Shown one piece after another: positions 61,651 through 64,000 of a DNA stretch of 64,000 nucleotides. Where the stretch lies: the NCBI GenBank assembly GCA_951406725.2, contig OX597815.1:68138001-68202000 (forward strand). Reading direction: 5' to 3'. Position 1 is the first letter of the stretch; the number at the start of each line of letters is the position of its first letter. Made by a program: the position numbers and the translations under genes. The stretch comes from Octopus vulgaris (lineage: Eukaryota). The notes under the pieces are model-generated. The model ran no database searches. It was not told where the DNA came from and saw only the letters and a program-made list of their open reading frames with translations.

Positions 61651-64000
61651 GGTAGTTATCTAGCCCATGCTAGAATAGAAAAAAAAAAGTGTTTTACGAC
61701 TAATGAATGAAAAATAAATATACTCTTTCTCTAAAATTACATTTGGAAAATAAATATATTCTTTCATCATCAGTTAAGATTTATGTTCCATACTGGCATG
61801 GGTAGCACAGTTTGACAGGATCTGGTGAGCTTCAGTGTTTGGCATGATTTCTACAGCTACATGCCCTTCATAATGCCAACCATTTTACAGTGTGTCCTGG
61901 GTGCTTTTTCATGTCACCTGTGCTAGTGAGGTTGCTATGCTGCTTGTAAAACTATGAACCACAAGTAAGGGAAGGGAAACTTTATGCTAGGAGTATGTGT
62001 AGTGAGGGGGTAATATATGAGAGAAAGCGCCTGGGCAGAATGGGTTTCTTGCTGCTGAGGAACCTCATGATTAGTCATATTTTAGAAGAGAAAGTGGAGG
62101 TGGGTAGTTGGAAAGTGACATAAGTGGTGATGAGGTGTCAGAGTGGATCTTCGAAGTACAAGGTGGGTAGGAATAAGTAGGGCAGGGGTGCTTGTAGTGA
62201 GTGGGTGGAGTAGGTTATGTCTAATGGGACAGTGGGAGGATAGCAGAATAAAAATGTTGATACAGGCAGGTGGATAGGTTGCAGGGTGGGTAGGTAAAAG
62301 TGATCTATCTTGTGCTCTATGTTTTCAGTTAGTACATATTGTAAATTGAATTTCAGTTTTAATGAGAAACAATTTGGAGTTAAAATGTAAGATTTCTGTT
62401 TGGTGCTGGAATTCTCACATTACTAAGAATTTATAAAAAATAAGCCACGACTGCTAATCAATACAGCCTTGTTTATAAATCATTTTGATATGGAATATTT
62501 TGGAACTGAGGTTTGACTTCTACCTGTTTAGTGCTAAATCATAAAGAGATAAACTGGACAAGTATTAAAATGTCTGGTTTTTATGATATTTTTTCCCTTA
62601 CATTGTGAATGGTTAAGAGCTATGCAGTAAAATTATTAACTGCTATAATGAGAATTGATACTGTGTGAAATATGCAATGGTACAGGTTAAATAATATCAC
62701 TTTAATTTATCACAAGACTAATGTGAGAGAATTGTTATTCATCTGTAACTGTCCTTGTATAATTAAAACATTTTTTTAAAAAAAAGGAAACTGTTTATCT
62801 TCAATATTCAGGCAGTTAAAATATGAAATAATTTATTTTCAAACATTTAACTTACATAAATTATTTCCATACACTTAAACTTCGTGTGAATTTCTAGTTT
62901 TTTTTTTTACATGTTTGTTTTTCTATTTTCTGTTTTTTCTTTTTCTAATATGCTGGTATTCTTTATTTGTATGTCTTAATCCTGAGTTAGTTCATTTATG
63001 AGATCTTGTTCATAGGTCTGAAGTAATTACCCAAACCATGTCTGCAACCATGTGGTTTCAGGTCTAGACCTACTTTGGGCATGTATCCTCTACTGTAACC
63101 CTGGGCCAACTAATGACTTGTACGTGAATTTGGTTGGTGAAAACTGTGGAAGCCTTTTGTATATTATATGTATAAATATCACCATAATTTAACATTTTCA
63201 CTGATTTTATACACACACACACTAACATACCCCTGTGTGTGTCTTTGTTGGTTTGATTGCATTGCCATAACTTAGCAGTTTGGCAAAAGAGACTGATGAA
63301 ATAAATACCAGATTTAAAAGGAAAAAGAAGTACTGGAGTTGATTTATTTGACTAAAACTCTTCAAGATGGTGCCCAGTGTGGCAGAAGTCCAATGACTGA
63401 AACAAAAGAAAATAAAAGAAGTTAGAGACTACGAACTGGATAGAATAAATCATTTGATTGGACTTTCTTCTTCTGTGTTGTCCCTTTTGTCTTAATGATT
63501 TATATTGACAAAATCCTGCAAATTTGTAGTAGAGTGGGTATATTTAATTGAATTAATTCCAGCAAATGCATGTCCATATTTTTATTGACCCTGACAAAAT
63601 TTGAATTCAAAACTAAATACTGAATCGCTCAGCTCTCTATGCCATTCCTCTTCCCTTTGTCCTAACATGGCCACATGGGAAGAGGATATAAGTTGTAACA
63701 CTTATTTTTCTCATACTTATATTGTCTTCTTCACTGATATTTTACATTGATCACCACCTCACCAGTCACCAAATTTTCTCCTCTTCCACCATATCTCTTT
63801 CTCTCCTAACTTCTTGCAACCTGCTCAACCACATGTCATCTCCCATTTTTTCCCAGTCTACTGTACCATCATTACTATTCTGCTGCTCTTCATCCTCATG
63901 CCACCGCAACTGTTTATGCATCATTCACTACATCTACCTTCAAAATTTGTTCTTCATTCATTATATTCACACATCCCTCAACCATTCCCCATCCCTCAGT

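Noticed and set aside
63640-64000. Possible decayed RTE endonuclease region on minus
   Set aside because: Too degenerate; no motif could be read with confidence.

Overview
AT-rich, repeat-dominated eukaryotic DNA. The repeat landscape points to an octopod cephalopod (inference): long (TA)n/(CA)n/(TATC)n tracts, tRNA-head SINEs with RTE-type (GAT)n tails, and RTE LINEs. No host protein-coding exon could be supported. The only long intact ORF is a young, 5'-truncated RTE LINE (31596-34364, -) with a PHD-type C4HC3 finger inside its reverse transcriptase and a ~10 x 61-62 bp double-hairpin array in its 3' UTR. The window also holds a full-length DD36E Tc1 element plus a deleted copy, a full-length DD35D pogo element, a decayed Rep-helicase-endonuclease Helentron with a nested piggyBac MITE, tandem non-autonomous Helitrons, and Gypsy, CR1, mariner, BovB-like and Penelope remnants (some with hammerhead-like cores). 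A CpG-retaining domain with a splice donor near 27.4 kb looks like a host promoter/first exon. The most unusual structural pattern is a recurring local fold-back inverted duplication centred on (TA)n tracts or hairpins. Boundaries of decayed elements were estimated by eye.
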